64,000 nt of DNA from Eledone cirrhosa (GCA_964016885.1 OZ024747.1:27838001-27902000), one strand, 5' to 3'. Counted from the stretch's first letter, positions 26,157 to 38,374 are shown. Notes: generated by a model from the sequence alone, not told the origin. Numbers and translations are program-made.

Positions 26157-26666
26157 CATCATCATCATCATCATCATCACCGTTTTACGTCCGTTCTTCC
26201 ACGCTAGCATGGGTTAGACGGGTTGTCCTGTTGTGGGCAGTGTCTGGTCGGCTGACCATGCCTTGCTCATACAGGAACTGATTTGGCTTGATTTCTACAG
26301 CTGGATGCCCTTCCTAACACCAACCTCATTTACAGTGAGTGCTGGGTGCTTTTTCGTGGCGCCTACACGTCCACTTTACAGTGTGGGCTGGGTGCTTTTT
26401 TGCCGTGGCACGTCCACGACCACCTTGCGGTGGGGGGGGGGGTGCATATTGTTTATATGCTTCAGCATGTACCCATGGGAGGTCGGGTACCCTGTATTAC
26501 TGCGTGACGCCAGAAGTCACGGACGTGTGTCATTGACTTTGAGAGGTGTAGTTGGGTAAGGTCGGCTTTTATCACCTCATCCCAAGTCATCTTGGGTCTC
26601 CCCACTCCGCGGTTTCCATCAACTTCTAGTGCTCTGCACCTTTTTATGCAGCTGTCATCCTTCATA
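26157..26666 (-). mobile_element. RTE LINE 3' fragment
   Basis: Reverse complement of about 24488-24984 (MKDDSCIKRCRALEVDGNRGVGRPK...) with an (ATC)n tail. Confidence 0.92.
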
Positions 26667-27459
26667 ATTTTATATAAGTACCTTTCCTAATATAGTACCG
26701 CTTAATAAGAAAGATGGTTACATCACTAAATCCCATCAAATTCTGGATTATTTTCAAAGTTATTTGAAAACCATAGGCAGTGTCTTTCACTGCACTAACA
26801 AATGAGCTAAAATTTATAAATTTATCTTGTTTATTTTTATTTTATTTTTATCAACTTCTAGATTTTTTTATTATTATTTTCTAAAATTTTCTACCATATA
26901 AAATTATTTTTTTCTTAAATTTTCAAATTTCTTCATATTTAGTATTTTTACTCTTCCTTTTTTTTCTGCTGAAGGAAATATTCTCTTTCTTTCCTTCCTC
27001 CTCTGACATTTCTTCAAATTTTTTTTCAAAACTGTTTATTTTTTACCCAGCATCTCTCCGTTACAAATCAAAATTTAATTTGAAATTTAATATTCAAATC
27101 AAGCTTGTGTGTGCATGTATGTTTGAGTATGTGTTTATGTTTATGTCATCATCATCGTTTAACATCCATTTTCTAGTGTGTGTTTATTTGTGTATGTATG
27201 CATGTGTGTTTGACTTTCAGTGTGTATGTGTGTATGTGGGAGTTTCTGTGTGTTCAAATGTGTATGTTTTTGTGGGTTTCTGTGTGTACGTGTTTGTGTT
27301 TATTTGTATTTATTTATGGGTGAATGTGTGTGATGTGTTTATTTAACTCTGTGTGTGTGTGCATGTGTGTGTGTGCATATACATATATGTGTTTGTGTGT
27401 GTATTGCAATTTATTATTTAAATTAAAATAACATATAGATCATAGCAAAAGATCATATG

Positions 27460-28710
27460 TTTCAATCTGGTCTGATGTGGGCTGGGGAAGGGTATCAGAG
27501 TATGATAGTCATATGGTAAACAACAATTGAGGTGATCTAGACATCCGTTACTTCTCCTTGACCTTTCAAAGACAGCTTTCTCTCAGCCCATTTCTAGATA
27601 AGGCATGCCACCCTGCTCGTAGCTTTGTCCCATTTCCTGTTTATCTGGAGTTTGGGGCTAAAATAGACCCCAAAACAATTTGATCAGGCCATCAGTCCAG
27701 TTTCCCATGATACTCTCTGATAGTATGAGCCTAGCTAGTTGCTTAGCTACAAGCCAATGGACTTTTCCGGGTTGATCTTTGCTGTCATCATAGCCTCATA
27801 TTACTTTAGAAATCACTTTCCCTTCCGTAGTGGCAAACACCATAATGTGATGTCATCTCTGTATGTCACTCACCCTGATTCAAACAGGATGCCCTTCAAC
27901 AACTTCTGTTTTCTCAATAGTGGTTGAAGTGTTAATACATATTGAAATGATAAGAGAAGGCACTCCTGATAGACTGATCGTGCAAAGCTGAATAGCTATG
28001 AAAGGTGACTGTTCATTTTGAAGACTAAGCAGATGCTGCTGAGCATTGCAATGATCCAAGGCTAAAACATGTCGCAAAAAAATCAATGACCAAGTAATGA
28101 TGGTTGACCTTTTCAAAGGCATTTGATTGATCCTAGTTGATCAAGATCCCACCAAAGTCAGGTTTTTGACCCACTCTCCCTATGATGTGTCACATAAGGT
28201 GGAGGTTGTCATGAATGGATCAATCAAGAATGGAACATGTTTACACCTTTCCTACCAGACCTCCAAAGACAACTGCCAACCTCATCACTAATACCCCGGC
28301 CAAAATTTTAAACTCTGCATTTAGCAAAATTATGGGCCTGAAATTATCTATATAGTCCTCTGTGTTCAGATCCTTTCTCAGCAATGCCACCACCTCACAG
28401 CTCATAGAACTGGGAATTCTCCTGTTCTGCCGCCAATTGGCTTAGACATCCACTAAGATATTACCAAACAAATCTGGCATGTTTGCATAAAGCTCATAAG
28501 GCAAACCATCCATCCAGGCAATTTGCCTCTTGTGCAGTTAGCCATCATGTCCCATAATTCATCGGCTGCTATCAGCTTTTCTAAACACTCTGCCTCCCTT
28601 GCCGAGAGCCATGGCAAGCCATCAAGTTAGGAACTGAAATCCATCCCTCAGCATTTGTGTGAAGTGTTGCTGAAAAACTGCACTCATCTGCTTGGGATCG
28701 AGTACTGTGC
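27460..28710 (-). mobile_element. Old degenerate Tx1 ORF2 fragment
   Basis: Remnants RPIILLNAEFKILA, NLHLM, LINLDQ.AFE.V.H and DPKQMSAVFQQHF. Confidence 0.75.
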
Positions 28711-29123
28711 ACCTGGTGGCAGCAGAGGCAGCAGTGATGATGGTGGAGGTAATAATGGTGGTAGTGGTAATAGTGGTGGAGGTGTTGGTTGTTTTAGCAA
28801 TAATTGATGGGGTTTTAACCCAGCCCTTCTTAAACTGACATATTCTGAATGCTAATGAGCTTTTCCTAGTGGAAACACACTGAGTGAACGTTAAGTCTGT
28901 TGTGAAAATAACTGGAACATACTGGTGAGAGATGGTTAGTGGAATATATAACAACCATAATAATAATAACATTAACAACAGCAACAACAACAACAACAAC
29001 TACAGCCATAAGATATTCACTGAAGATAATTGGAATGTTCTTGTGAGAAGTGGTTAGTAAAATATATAACATTAATAACTGCAGAAACAGCCATTCTGGG
29101 GGGAGTTATTTAGTGAAATATGT

Positions 29124-29340
29124 AACAACAGCAGCAGCAGTAGCAGCAACAACAACAACAGCAGCAGCAGTAGCAGCAACAACAGCAACAACAGTAGCAG
29201 CAGCAGCAGTAGCAGCAACAGCAGCAACAGCAGCAGCAGTAGCAGCAGCAACAACAACAACAGCATCAGCAGTAGCAGCAACAACAGCAACAGCAGCAGC
29301 AATAACAACAGCAGCAGCAACAACAACAACAAACAAATAA
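29124..29340. repeat. (CAG/CAA)n compound microsatellite
   Basis: Mixed GCA/ACA/GTA triplets. Confidence 0.9.
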
Positions 29341-29499
29341 ATTGTAACATCAATAATCATTACTACTACAACAATAACAACAATAAAACGACAACACAAC
29401 AACAAATCATCATCATTAACAATTAGAACAACAACAGTAACTACAAAAACAACATCAATAATAACAACAACATCAATAATAACAACAACAACAATAACT

Positions 29500-29787
29500 A
29501 CAACAATAACTGCAACTACAACAATAACTGCAACTACAACAATAACTGCAACTACAACAATAACTGCAACTACAACAATAACTGCAACTACAACAATAAC
29601 TGCAACTACAACAATAACTGCAACTACAACAATAACTGCAACTACAACAATAACTGCAACTACAACAATAACTGCAACTACAACAATAACTGCAACTACA
29701 ACAATAACTGCAACTACAACAATAACTGCAACTACAACAATAACTGCAACTACAACAATAACTGCAACTACAACAATAACTGCAACT
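29500..29787. repeat. Perfect 18-bp minisatellite (ACAACAATAACTGCAACT) x16
   Basis: 16 identical units. Confidence 0.95.
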
Positions 29788-29879
29788 ACAACAATAACAA
29801 CCACTTCAACCATGGAAATTTGGGTAATTTGATCAAAACGTCTGTAGTTACCATCACTACTGCACAACTATCACTAGAG

Positions 29880-30545
29880 TGGTGTTGCTGGTGGTGGTGG
29901 TGGTGGTGGTGGTGGTTGTGGTAGTCGTGGTGGTAGTCGTGGTAGTGCTGGTGGTGGTGGTGGTGGTGGTGGTGGTGGTGATGATGGTTGTGGTGGTGGT
30001 AGTCGTGGTAGTGGTGGTGGTGGTGGTGGTTGTGGTGGTGGTGGTAGTGGTGGTGGTGGTTGTGGTGGTAGTGGTGGTGGTGGTGGTAGTTGTGGTGGTA
30101 GTGGTCGTGGTGGTAGTCGTGGTAGTGGTGGTGGTGGTGGTGGTGGTGGTGGTGGTGGTGATGATGGTTGTGGTGGTGGTAGTCGTGGTAGTGGTGGTGG
30201 TGGTGGTGGTTGTGGTGGTGGTGGTAGTGGTGGTGGTGGTTGTGGTGGTAGTGGTGGTGGTGGTGGTAGTTGTGGTGGTAGTGGTGGTGGTGGTGGTTGT
30301 GGTGGTGGCGGTGGTGGTGGTGGTGGTGGTGGTGGTGGTGGTGGTGGTGGTGGTTGTGGTGGTAGTCGTGGTAGTGGTGGTGGTGTTGCTGGTGATGGTG
30401 ATGGTAGTTGTGGTGGTGGTGGTAGTCGTGGTAGTGGTGGTGATGGTGGTGATAGTGGTGATGGTGGTGGTGGTGGTGGTGGTGGTGGTGATGGTGGTGG
30501 TGGTGGTGGTAGTAGTGGTGGTGATAGTGATGGTGCTGGTAACAG
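29880..30545. repeat. (GGT)n-rich array with a 180-bp higher-order duplication
   Basis: 29941-30120 is repeated almost exactly at 30121-30300. Confidence 0.93.
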
Positions 30546-31119
30546 TGGTGGGTGTTGGAGGGAGAAGAGTGATGATAATGATGTAATAATGATAAGTCAC
30601 ACTGATAACAACAACAGCTACAACAATAGTAATAATAACAATATGCAATAAAAGTAATATCCAGTCCTTTTGGCACCTGCTTTTTATTAATGATATGCCA
30701 TGATATGCCAATTAACAGGTATGTGGAAAAGGTGCAGGTATGTTAACAGGTTTGTGTCTTTGAAATTTCTCTCTCTCTCTCTCTCTCTGTATATTTATAC
30801 AGAAAGTGAGAGAGAGAGATCAAACTTTTGAGGTTCGTAGGAAATGTTGGAAACTCAGATGCAAAATAATAAATGTAAATGGAGTTGGTTGCAACAAATA
30901 GCTTAGAAAATGTGTGTATGTATGTATGTAAGTAAGTATGCATGTAGTATTTGGAAGCTTGGTGGAGATAAATGGTTTGTGAGGGCCAAGCAAGCCATTT
31001 ATAGAGGTGCAAGCAGCAAAGTGTAAGTTGATAATAAGTACAGTGATGAATTTGAGGTGTAGGTGGGGAGGGGGGGGGGGGGTCACCAAGTCTTCAATCC
31101 ACTTCTGTTTATCATTGTC

Positions 31120-31595
31120 CTTCAGGCCATAACTGAGGAGCTATGGTATTCTATGGGAAGTTCTGTATGTCAATGATCTAGTCTTTATAACTGAATCCAT
31201 GGGAGAGTTAGAGGCAAAATTCAGACATGGAAGAAGTACAATGCTACATGGTAGTGACACATGGGCAGTGACTGCATTGGATATGCAATATAAATGTGAG
31301 AGAAAGGCAGAGCCTGGATGAACTGAAGGAGAAACTGGGTTTAAGAGGAATCCGATGTGGTGTGCAAGAGAGAAGACTGAATTGGTACGGACATGTGATA
31401 TGCATGGATGACAATTTATGGGTGAAAAAGTGCCAGGAAATCCCAGTGGTAGGAAACCATAGAAGTAGACCAAGGAACGCTTGGGCAGAGGTGGTGAGAG
31501 CTGACCTCAAATCGCTGAGACTCACAGAGGAGAGATGTTATGCTGAAAAGAACTCATCCAACCCATGCGAACATGGAAAATAATGATGATGATGA
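31120..31595 (+). mobile_element. Degenerate RTE fragments with internal deletions and a (GAT)n tail
   Basis: CP.ELLYVNDL, MLHGSDTW, LRGIRCGVQERRLNWYGHV. Confidence 0.75.
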
Positions 31596-31874
31596 CATGT
31601 TCTCAGATCCAGTTACTTACCAAGCATGTACAATTGTGGCTAAAATAACTCTTCTGCGAAATAATTACTTTAGTTACAACACAGTCACAGATCAGGTCAT
31701 CAGGCAAGTACAACTATTTGAACTTTAAAATATTTCTATTTTTAGGAGTGATAAACAGCACCGAAACAGCAGAGCACCAGATCAAATACATTATTGTATT
31801 TATTTTTGTCCTTTTGCTTTCTCATTTCACATCTTATGAGGGTGTGACACTATAATATATCTCTCCGGGGTTTC

Positions 31875-31978
31875 AGAACAACAACAACAAGAACAACAAC
31901 AGCAGCAGTAAAAACAAGAACATCAACATCAGTAGCAGCAACAACAACAGCAGCAGCAACAACGTTGCCACCACCACC

Positions 31979-32054
<76 letters not shown>

Positions 32055-32116
32055 CCAGCACCAGCAGCAGCAGCAGCAGCAGCAACAACAACAACAACAA
32101 CAACAACACCGACACC

Positions 32117-32177
<61 letters not shown>

Positions 32178-32224
32178 GCAACAGCAACAGCAACAACAAC
32201 AACAACAACAACAACAGCAGCAGC

Positions 32225-32276
<52 letters not shown>

Positions 32277-32518
32277 CCAACAACACCGACACCACCACCA
32301 CCAACAACAACTACAACACCGACAACAACAACACCAACAACACCAACACCAACACCAACAACAACAACACCACCACCACCACCACCAACAACAACAGCAA
32401 CAACAACAACATTACCACCACCACCAACAACAACAACAACAACAACAAAAACAACAACAACAACAACAACAAAAACAACAACAACAACAACACCACCACC
32501 ACCACCACCACCACCACC

Positions 32519-32550
<32 letters not shown>

Positions 32551-32635
32551 CAACACCACCACCACTGCCAACAACAACAACAATAACAACACCACCACCA
32601 CCACCACCACCACCAGCACCAGCAGCAGCAGCATA
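31875..32635. repeat. (CAA/CCA/CAG)n compound microsatellite
   Basis: 760 bp of triplet runs. Confidence 0.93.
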
Positions 32636-34762
32636 TACATTTTTATCTTTTTATTTATTTATTATTTTTTTTACATAACTTTATTTGATTATGTAAGCTA
32701 TAAATAACAGCGCACTCTTATATGATTGATTATCATTCTGTTGTAAATATGGTTATAATACATGATGTACACATGTATAATTATCGCCATTATCCTGACA
32801 GAAACTATAACAGAGACAAGTACATTAATATGAGTAGCAGCCAATAAGTGTAACAGATATGGATGGATACAAGAAAAGGGAGGGGATTGAAAGGAGAAAA
32901 CCATATTGGAGAAAGAGAATTTTGGAGAAGCAAAAGAAATTACATAAAGATCTAGGACAAATAAATAGAATGAAAAAGAATGAACACAAGAATGAAATCT
33001 AATCTAATCTAATCTGGCCGAGTTTACACTCGGAAATAAGAAGAACCAGAGCCGCACCTAGGAACATTGGATTTGGTGTACTTCATATTTGTTTCAGTTG
33101 CTGAATACAACCAGGGGTCACTGCTTCTCCTGAAGGTCAACAGTTCTCTTCTAACTCAAGCGGAAGCGCCTTTCCATTGTCAATGTGCATTGATCATCTG
33201 CAAAGCCACATTGTTCTCAGAACCAGTCTTTTGATGCGTGCAGCTGGAACTACAGCCCCCCATTGATTTGGCAGGATTTTTTTTTTTTTAGATGGCTGTT
33301 GACTCTTATGAGTTCTTCCACCCTTTGTCAGGTTTTGTTTTTTGTCATGCAGGGTGTCCAAAATCACCCTCCTCACCAAGTAAACTTGGTGGGGTTGCCA
33401 GTTTAGTCGCCGACAACCCGACCATGTGACAGGTTGACATGAAGGGGTCAAAGAAAGACTTGAAAGAACCTATCATGTTTAACAAAAAGGTGTTGAAGTT
33501 ATACATGAGGAAGTGCAACAGAGGCTAATTGCTGTAGATAATCAACTATTTGAATCAAATCAGGAAAAGTTGTTTGATGAATTAGGGAGGTGAGAAAGAG
33601 ATGTTGTAAAAGTACAAAATAGCACATTAAAAATATAGGTCTTTACACTTATACTTACCTCTGTAATTCCTCTCTACACTATTGCTCTAACCCTTTCATT
33701 TCTATTCTAACACAATCTTCTATCCCCATCAAACCTCAGCCTATATTTGCTCTTTTCATATATAATCAGTCAACATCTCCCTTGGGGAATTGAACTCATG
33801 ACATTACAATCATGAGCCCCAAAACCTACCCAGTATGCCATGCACTTTCATTACCTAAATAAGGCCACATATTATGGGTGATTAAGGCCACATATTATCT
33901 GTTCTCAAATACAATGTCTACAGGTTTCCCAGTGAAATCCAGACAGAATATATTCTACTTTAAACTATCACGTTTATAATTTCTGTCCTCAATGTTATTG
34001 TTTTACATTAGAAAATGCAGGAAATCAAGAATTAATTTTATTTTTATTTTTTATTTTCAGATTTTAAACTAGAATTAATTCTCACTTCCATTTAATTACT
34101 ACCCCATCCTGACCACGCCTACATAGTATACTCTACTTTGGGTAATACCTCACCACCACCACCAACAACAACAACACCCCCAACGCCAACACTACCACCA
34201 TCACCAACAAAAAATGGTAATTCCATTTGGTTTAGATTTATTATTTGAAATGTTTCAATTTTTCTTCCTTTTGAAGAATAACAACCAGCAATTTTGAAAT
34301 TGGTTCAGAGATGGGGTGGGGACATGGAAAGAGGCAGAACACCTTATCCAACCACCATGAATATATACACACACATATATGTGTGTGTCTGTATGTAAGT
34401 AGAGCTTCTAAAGTTGAATGGTTCTGAGCTGCTGTTTTTAGCGGTCTTTTGATCTGTTTACACCACCATGAGTTATAAAACGCACATGTCTTTCCTCTAC
34501 ACCATGCGTGTTTTCTTAGTTATCTGATATATTTTTAGAAGTGTTGATTGTATTGCTACATCTACAATATGGGTTCTTCACTTTTCATAGCGATACATAT
34601 TCCAATTTGAGCCTGTCCGGGTGTTATAGTTATAATCGGATGGTTAGTACACTTAAATATATTCTTTTAATTGTATTCATCATTTCTTCTGTAGTTAATA
34701 TGTTTGTCACTCTGGTGGTTTTTGATCCCCTATGATTGAACACATATCTCTATGTGTACTTT

Positions 34763-34832
<70 letters not shown>

Positions 34833-35047
34833 TATATATATATATATATGTACACGTACATACATATATGTATACAGATGTACAGTAGTATGTATATATA
34901 TATACATACATGCACACATATATATATGTACGTATGGATTCACCGAACATTTATTATAATGCTCGGTGTGTTTGTAAACAAACATCCCGTATTAAGCCGT
35001 AGTGTCTAGCAGCCATCGTTGCTCGTTTGTTCAACACCGACAAAGGA

Positions 35048-35090
35048 ACGTTGTACTAGTTTCAAGCTTATTAGCTATCGTCAGCAACGT
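35048..35090 (-). ncRNA. Minimal type I hammerhead ribozyme
   Basis: ACGUUG-CUGACGA-U-AGCU-AAUA-AGCU-U-GAAA-CUAGUA|CAACGU: perfect 6-bp helix I, 4-bp helix II, palindromic helix III, GUA cleavage triplet. Confidence 0.85.
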
Positions 35091-35507
35091 ATACCTTCCT
35101 GCCAGATTGTTGAACGTATATACTTACCTTATGCATATTAACGGCTGAGTAGCCCAATTTGCATATCGAGTGGGTTAATCGGCCGGGTGCACCGAAAACG
35201 ATAAACGAAAAAAATGAAACGAAATTTCATTTCCCACTCTTAGTACGGCTGTTACTTAAATATAAGTATGTACACGTACATACATATATGTATACAGACG
35301 TACAGTAGTATGTATATATATATATACATACATGCACACACATATATATATGTACGTATGGATTCACCGAACATTTATTATAATGCTCGGTGTGTTTGTA
35401 AACAAACATCCCGTATTAAACCATAGTGTCTAGCAACCATCGTTGCTCGTTTGTTCAACACATGCATAAGGTAAGTATATACGTTCAACAATCTGGCAGG
35501 AAGGTAT

Positions 35508-35550
35508 ATGTTGCTGACGATAGCTAATAAGCTTGAAACTAGTACAGCGT
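35508..35550 (+). ncRNA. Minimal type I hammerhead ribozyme (inverted copy)
   Basis: AUGUUG-CUGACGA-UAGCUAAUAAGCUU-GAAA-CUAGUA|CAGCGU. Both helix I substitutions give G-U pairs. Confidence 0.85.
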
Positions 35551-35867
35551 TCCTTTGTCAGTGTTGAACAAACGAGCAACGATGGCTGCTAGACACTACG
35601 GCTTAATACGGAATGTTTGTTTACAAACACACCGAGCATTATAATAAATGTTCGGTGAATCCATACATACATATATATATGTGTGCATGTATGTATATAT
35701 ATATATACATACTACTGTACGTGTACATACTTATATTTAAGTAACAGCCGTACTAAGAGTGGGAAATGAAATTTCGTTTCATTTTTTCCGTTTATATATA
35801 TATATTTATTTCACGAGGCTTGATAAGGATAAATATATATCGAATATATATATACTCTAGAGCAAAT

Positions 35868-35895
35868 CCTGAGCAATGCCGGGCCATTCTGCTAG
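35868..35895 (+). mobile_element. Helitron-like 3' terminus
   Basis: Hairpin CCTGAGCAATGCCGGG, then CTAG|T; resembles the 3' end of the Helitron at 50495. Confidence 0.55.
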
Positions 35896-35899
35896 TATA

Positions 35900-36085
35900 T
35901 ATATATAATAAACATCCTTTTAGCCTTGTTATGATTTTTTAATAAGTTGTGATTATATATATATATATATATATATATCATAATCATCATCATCATTTTA
36001 CGTCTGCTTTTCCCTTTTTGCAAGGGCGATAATCACAACTTATTAAAAAATCATAACAAGGCTAAAAGGATGTTTATTATATATA
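35900..36085. repeat. Perfect ~57-bp inverted repeat with a 72-bp spacer
   Basis: 35900-35956 is the reverse complement of 36029-36085. Confidence 0.9.
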
Positions 36086-36272
36086 AACGTTTTGCATATG
36101 CTTCAATATATATATACTGATATATATATGTGTGTGTGTGTGTGTGTGCGTGCGCGCATGTGCATATCAATGAGATGTAACTCAAAAATGCTTGGGAAGA
36201 GTGCTCAGCAAAAAAAGTGTACATACCAGTATAGTTTTGCCAATCAACCAAGTCTATACTCTCAATTTAACA

Positions 36273-36525
36273 ACTGAAACTTCCTTTATGGGTGTTAGGC
36301 CATTATTTTTTTCTCTTTTCCTATATCTTTATTACACCATTCTTGTTAAGCCAATTTGCAAAGTGAACATGCTTTGCTGAGAAGATCCATTTCATCAAAT
36401 TGACCTATAAACAGTGTCCACTCCCACTGACTGCATTGTCTGAAAAGGCTTAAATCAGGTGGAATTATAGGAGTTATCTCCCTTGCTGTCTTTTACGGCC
36501 TAACACCCCTGAGGGGAATTTCAGT
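36273..36525. mobile_element. MITE with ~29-bp imperfect TIRs
   Basis: ACTGAAACTTCCTTTATGGGTGTTAGGCC ... GGCCTAACACCCCTGAGGGGAATTTCAGT. Confidence 0.65.
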
Positions 36526-37478
36526 CATGAAATTCCAAGCTTAGTCTTAGTTGATTGGAAGTTTTTCCCCACGCCATAGTTAGACAGCAAGACTATTTGT
36601 ATACATATGTATGTGTGTGTGTGTGTATATATGTGTATATATGTGTGTATATATGTGTATATATGTGTGTGTATATATATATATATATGTATACACACAC
36701 TCACACACATATATATAATATATACATATGGTCAAATACATGCCAGCATGGAAAAGTAGGTATAAAATGATGATGATGTTGATATATGTATAATGTCAGT
36801 TTGTAGTCTGTAACATAATTTGTCTTGAGAATTCTGTAATTTCTTGCATGAGTTGGTGGAGTTAAACAAGAAAATTAATGTTAACAAACTAACTGGATGG
36901 GAGGGGTTGATAACTAGAGAGATTATAGCAATGTGTAATTTATTGACTCAAAATTGTTTTTATCACTAATACTCCAACAGAATTAGAGCCAACTTTTCTA
37001 AGTTGATTAGATAAGAAGATATTTAATGCGTGTGGAAGATAACATCTGTATAAAGAGAGATATGGAAATTTCAGAAGATGGGACTTGTGGAAGAAGTAAA
37101 CCAATGAAGGCATGAGATGACATAATGAAGACTGACCTTAGGAAGCTGAATCTCATGACAGAGGTGGCAAAGGACCACAAGGACTGATGACATGCAGTAT
37201 TGGGGAACACTTGCCTGCAAGCATATAAATATGAACTGACCCCCTCCCTCATTGCTCCTGAGAAACTATTCCCACCATCAATGTGCAACCCCACTCTACA
37301 CAGGATCACCCTCACCTCTCCCCACCCTTTCATCACTCTGTCAATGATGACCTACCCTACTGTTTCTAGCCGGGAGAATGGATGTTAAATGATAATGATG
37401 ATGAGGAGGAGGATAAAAAAAGTTCTACATGATGCATACAATGAGAAGTAGGAGCAGATAAACACGTATGCCATAGAG

Positions 37479-37651
37479 CACGCATGTCAAACATGCAGCC
37501 CACGGCTCGCACAAAGGTTTTTACAGCGCGAGCGTAATATAAAATAAAAAAAATTAGTTGTAATGTGCGCAATTAGTTGTCATGTGTGGCCCTCAGACAA
37601 CACATATGTGACCCATGTGGCCCTCGGGGGACCCTCAGTTTGACATGTCTG
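37479..37651. mobile_element. Non-autonomous hAT (Charlie-like) MITE
   Basis: TIRs CACGCATGTCAAAC / GTTTGACATGTCTG and a perfect 8-bp TSD CCATAGAG. Confidence 0.9.
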
Positions 37652-38219
37652 CCATAGAGGACAATTGAAAGTTTCTAGAGAATAACCTATGCATTGGTAC
37701 TAAGCAGGTATGAAGCATGGTACCAGCTAGATGAAAGGTGACCTGGAACAGAACTATAGACAGAGACATTAAAACTAAGAGATAGGCATGGGGTCAGCAA
37801 AGAACAATATTGAGTATCTAAAAGAAGTTGAAAGCAGTAGGTTTGTCAACAATATGCAACTTGAGGCCCAGTGGCATGGAGCGTTCTGCATGACAAAGTA
37901 GTGTATATATGTTTATGTACATGTCTAATTGTATACATATTCCATCCACAACTTTATCCTGTCAATCCCACCAACCTTTTTACTAACCCCCCTCTTTACA
38001 CCCACCTGCACATTTATCACTTGCCTTCCACTGACAAGTTACAATTCTATAACTATATCCACTATCACTCTTTACCACCTTCTTTTTCACACACAACTCT
38101 ATCCTCCCCCACTTGCCACCACAGCCCTGTCTACCCTATCTACCCCTTCACGATTAAATCCCCTCTCCCACTTCAAGTCCTCCTTTATTTATACTGTGTC
38201 TGCTATTAAAATGTTAGTT

Positions 38220-38267
38220 CTTGTCTGATGACCTTGTGATAAACAGGCGAAACTCCAGAGTAACAAG
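38220..38267 (+). ncRNA. Type I hammerhead ribozyme of an unrelated repeat family
   Basis: CUUGU-CUGAUGA-CCUUGU-GAUAA-ACAGGC-GAAA-CUCCAGAGUA|ACAAG, with a C-C mismatch at the base of helix II. Confidence 0.75.
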
Positions 38268-38374
38268 TCTTACTGTTTAGCCTTAATAAAATGAATATTA
38301 AAACTCTACTTTGGTATTGAGTACTCTTTTCTCTCAGTTGTATATATATATATATATACACAGACACACATGCG

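Larger units (their letters stand above)
34848..35795. mobile_element. 420-bp hammerhead-bearing repeat in tandem plus inverted arrangement (retrozyme or Penelope pseudo-LTR-like)
   Basis: Unit 34848-35267, partial direct copy 35268-35460, inverted copy 35462-35795. Confidence 0.8.

Noticed and set aside
29500-29787. CRISPR-like regular array
   Set aside because: Units are contiguous with no unique spacers, and the context is eukaryotic.
29050-32678. Long poly-V/T/H/L/P ORFs (up to 296 aa)
   Set aside because: By-products of stop-free triplet microsatellites open in several frames on both strands, with no unique coding sequence.
34400-34740. Possible decayed restriction-like endonuclease LINE fragment on the - strand
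   Set aside because: Too degenerate, with no convincing motif.
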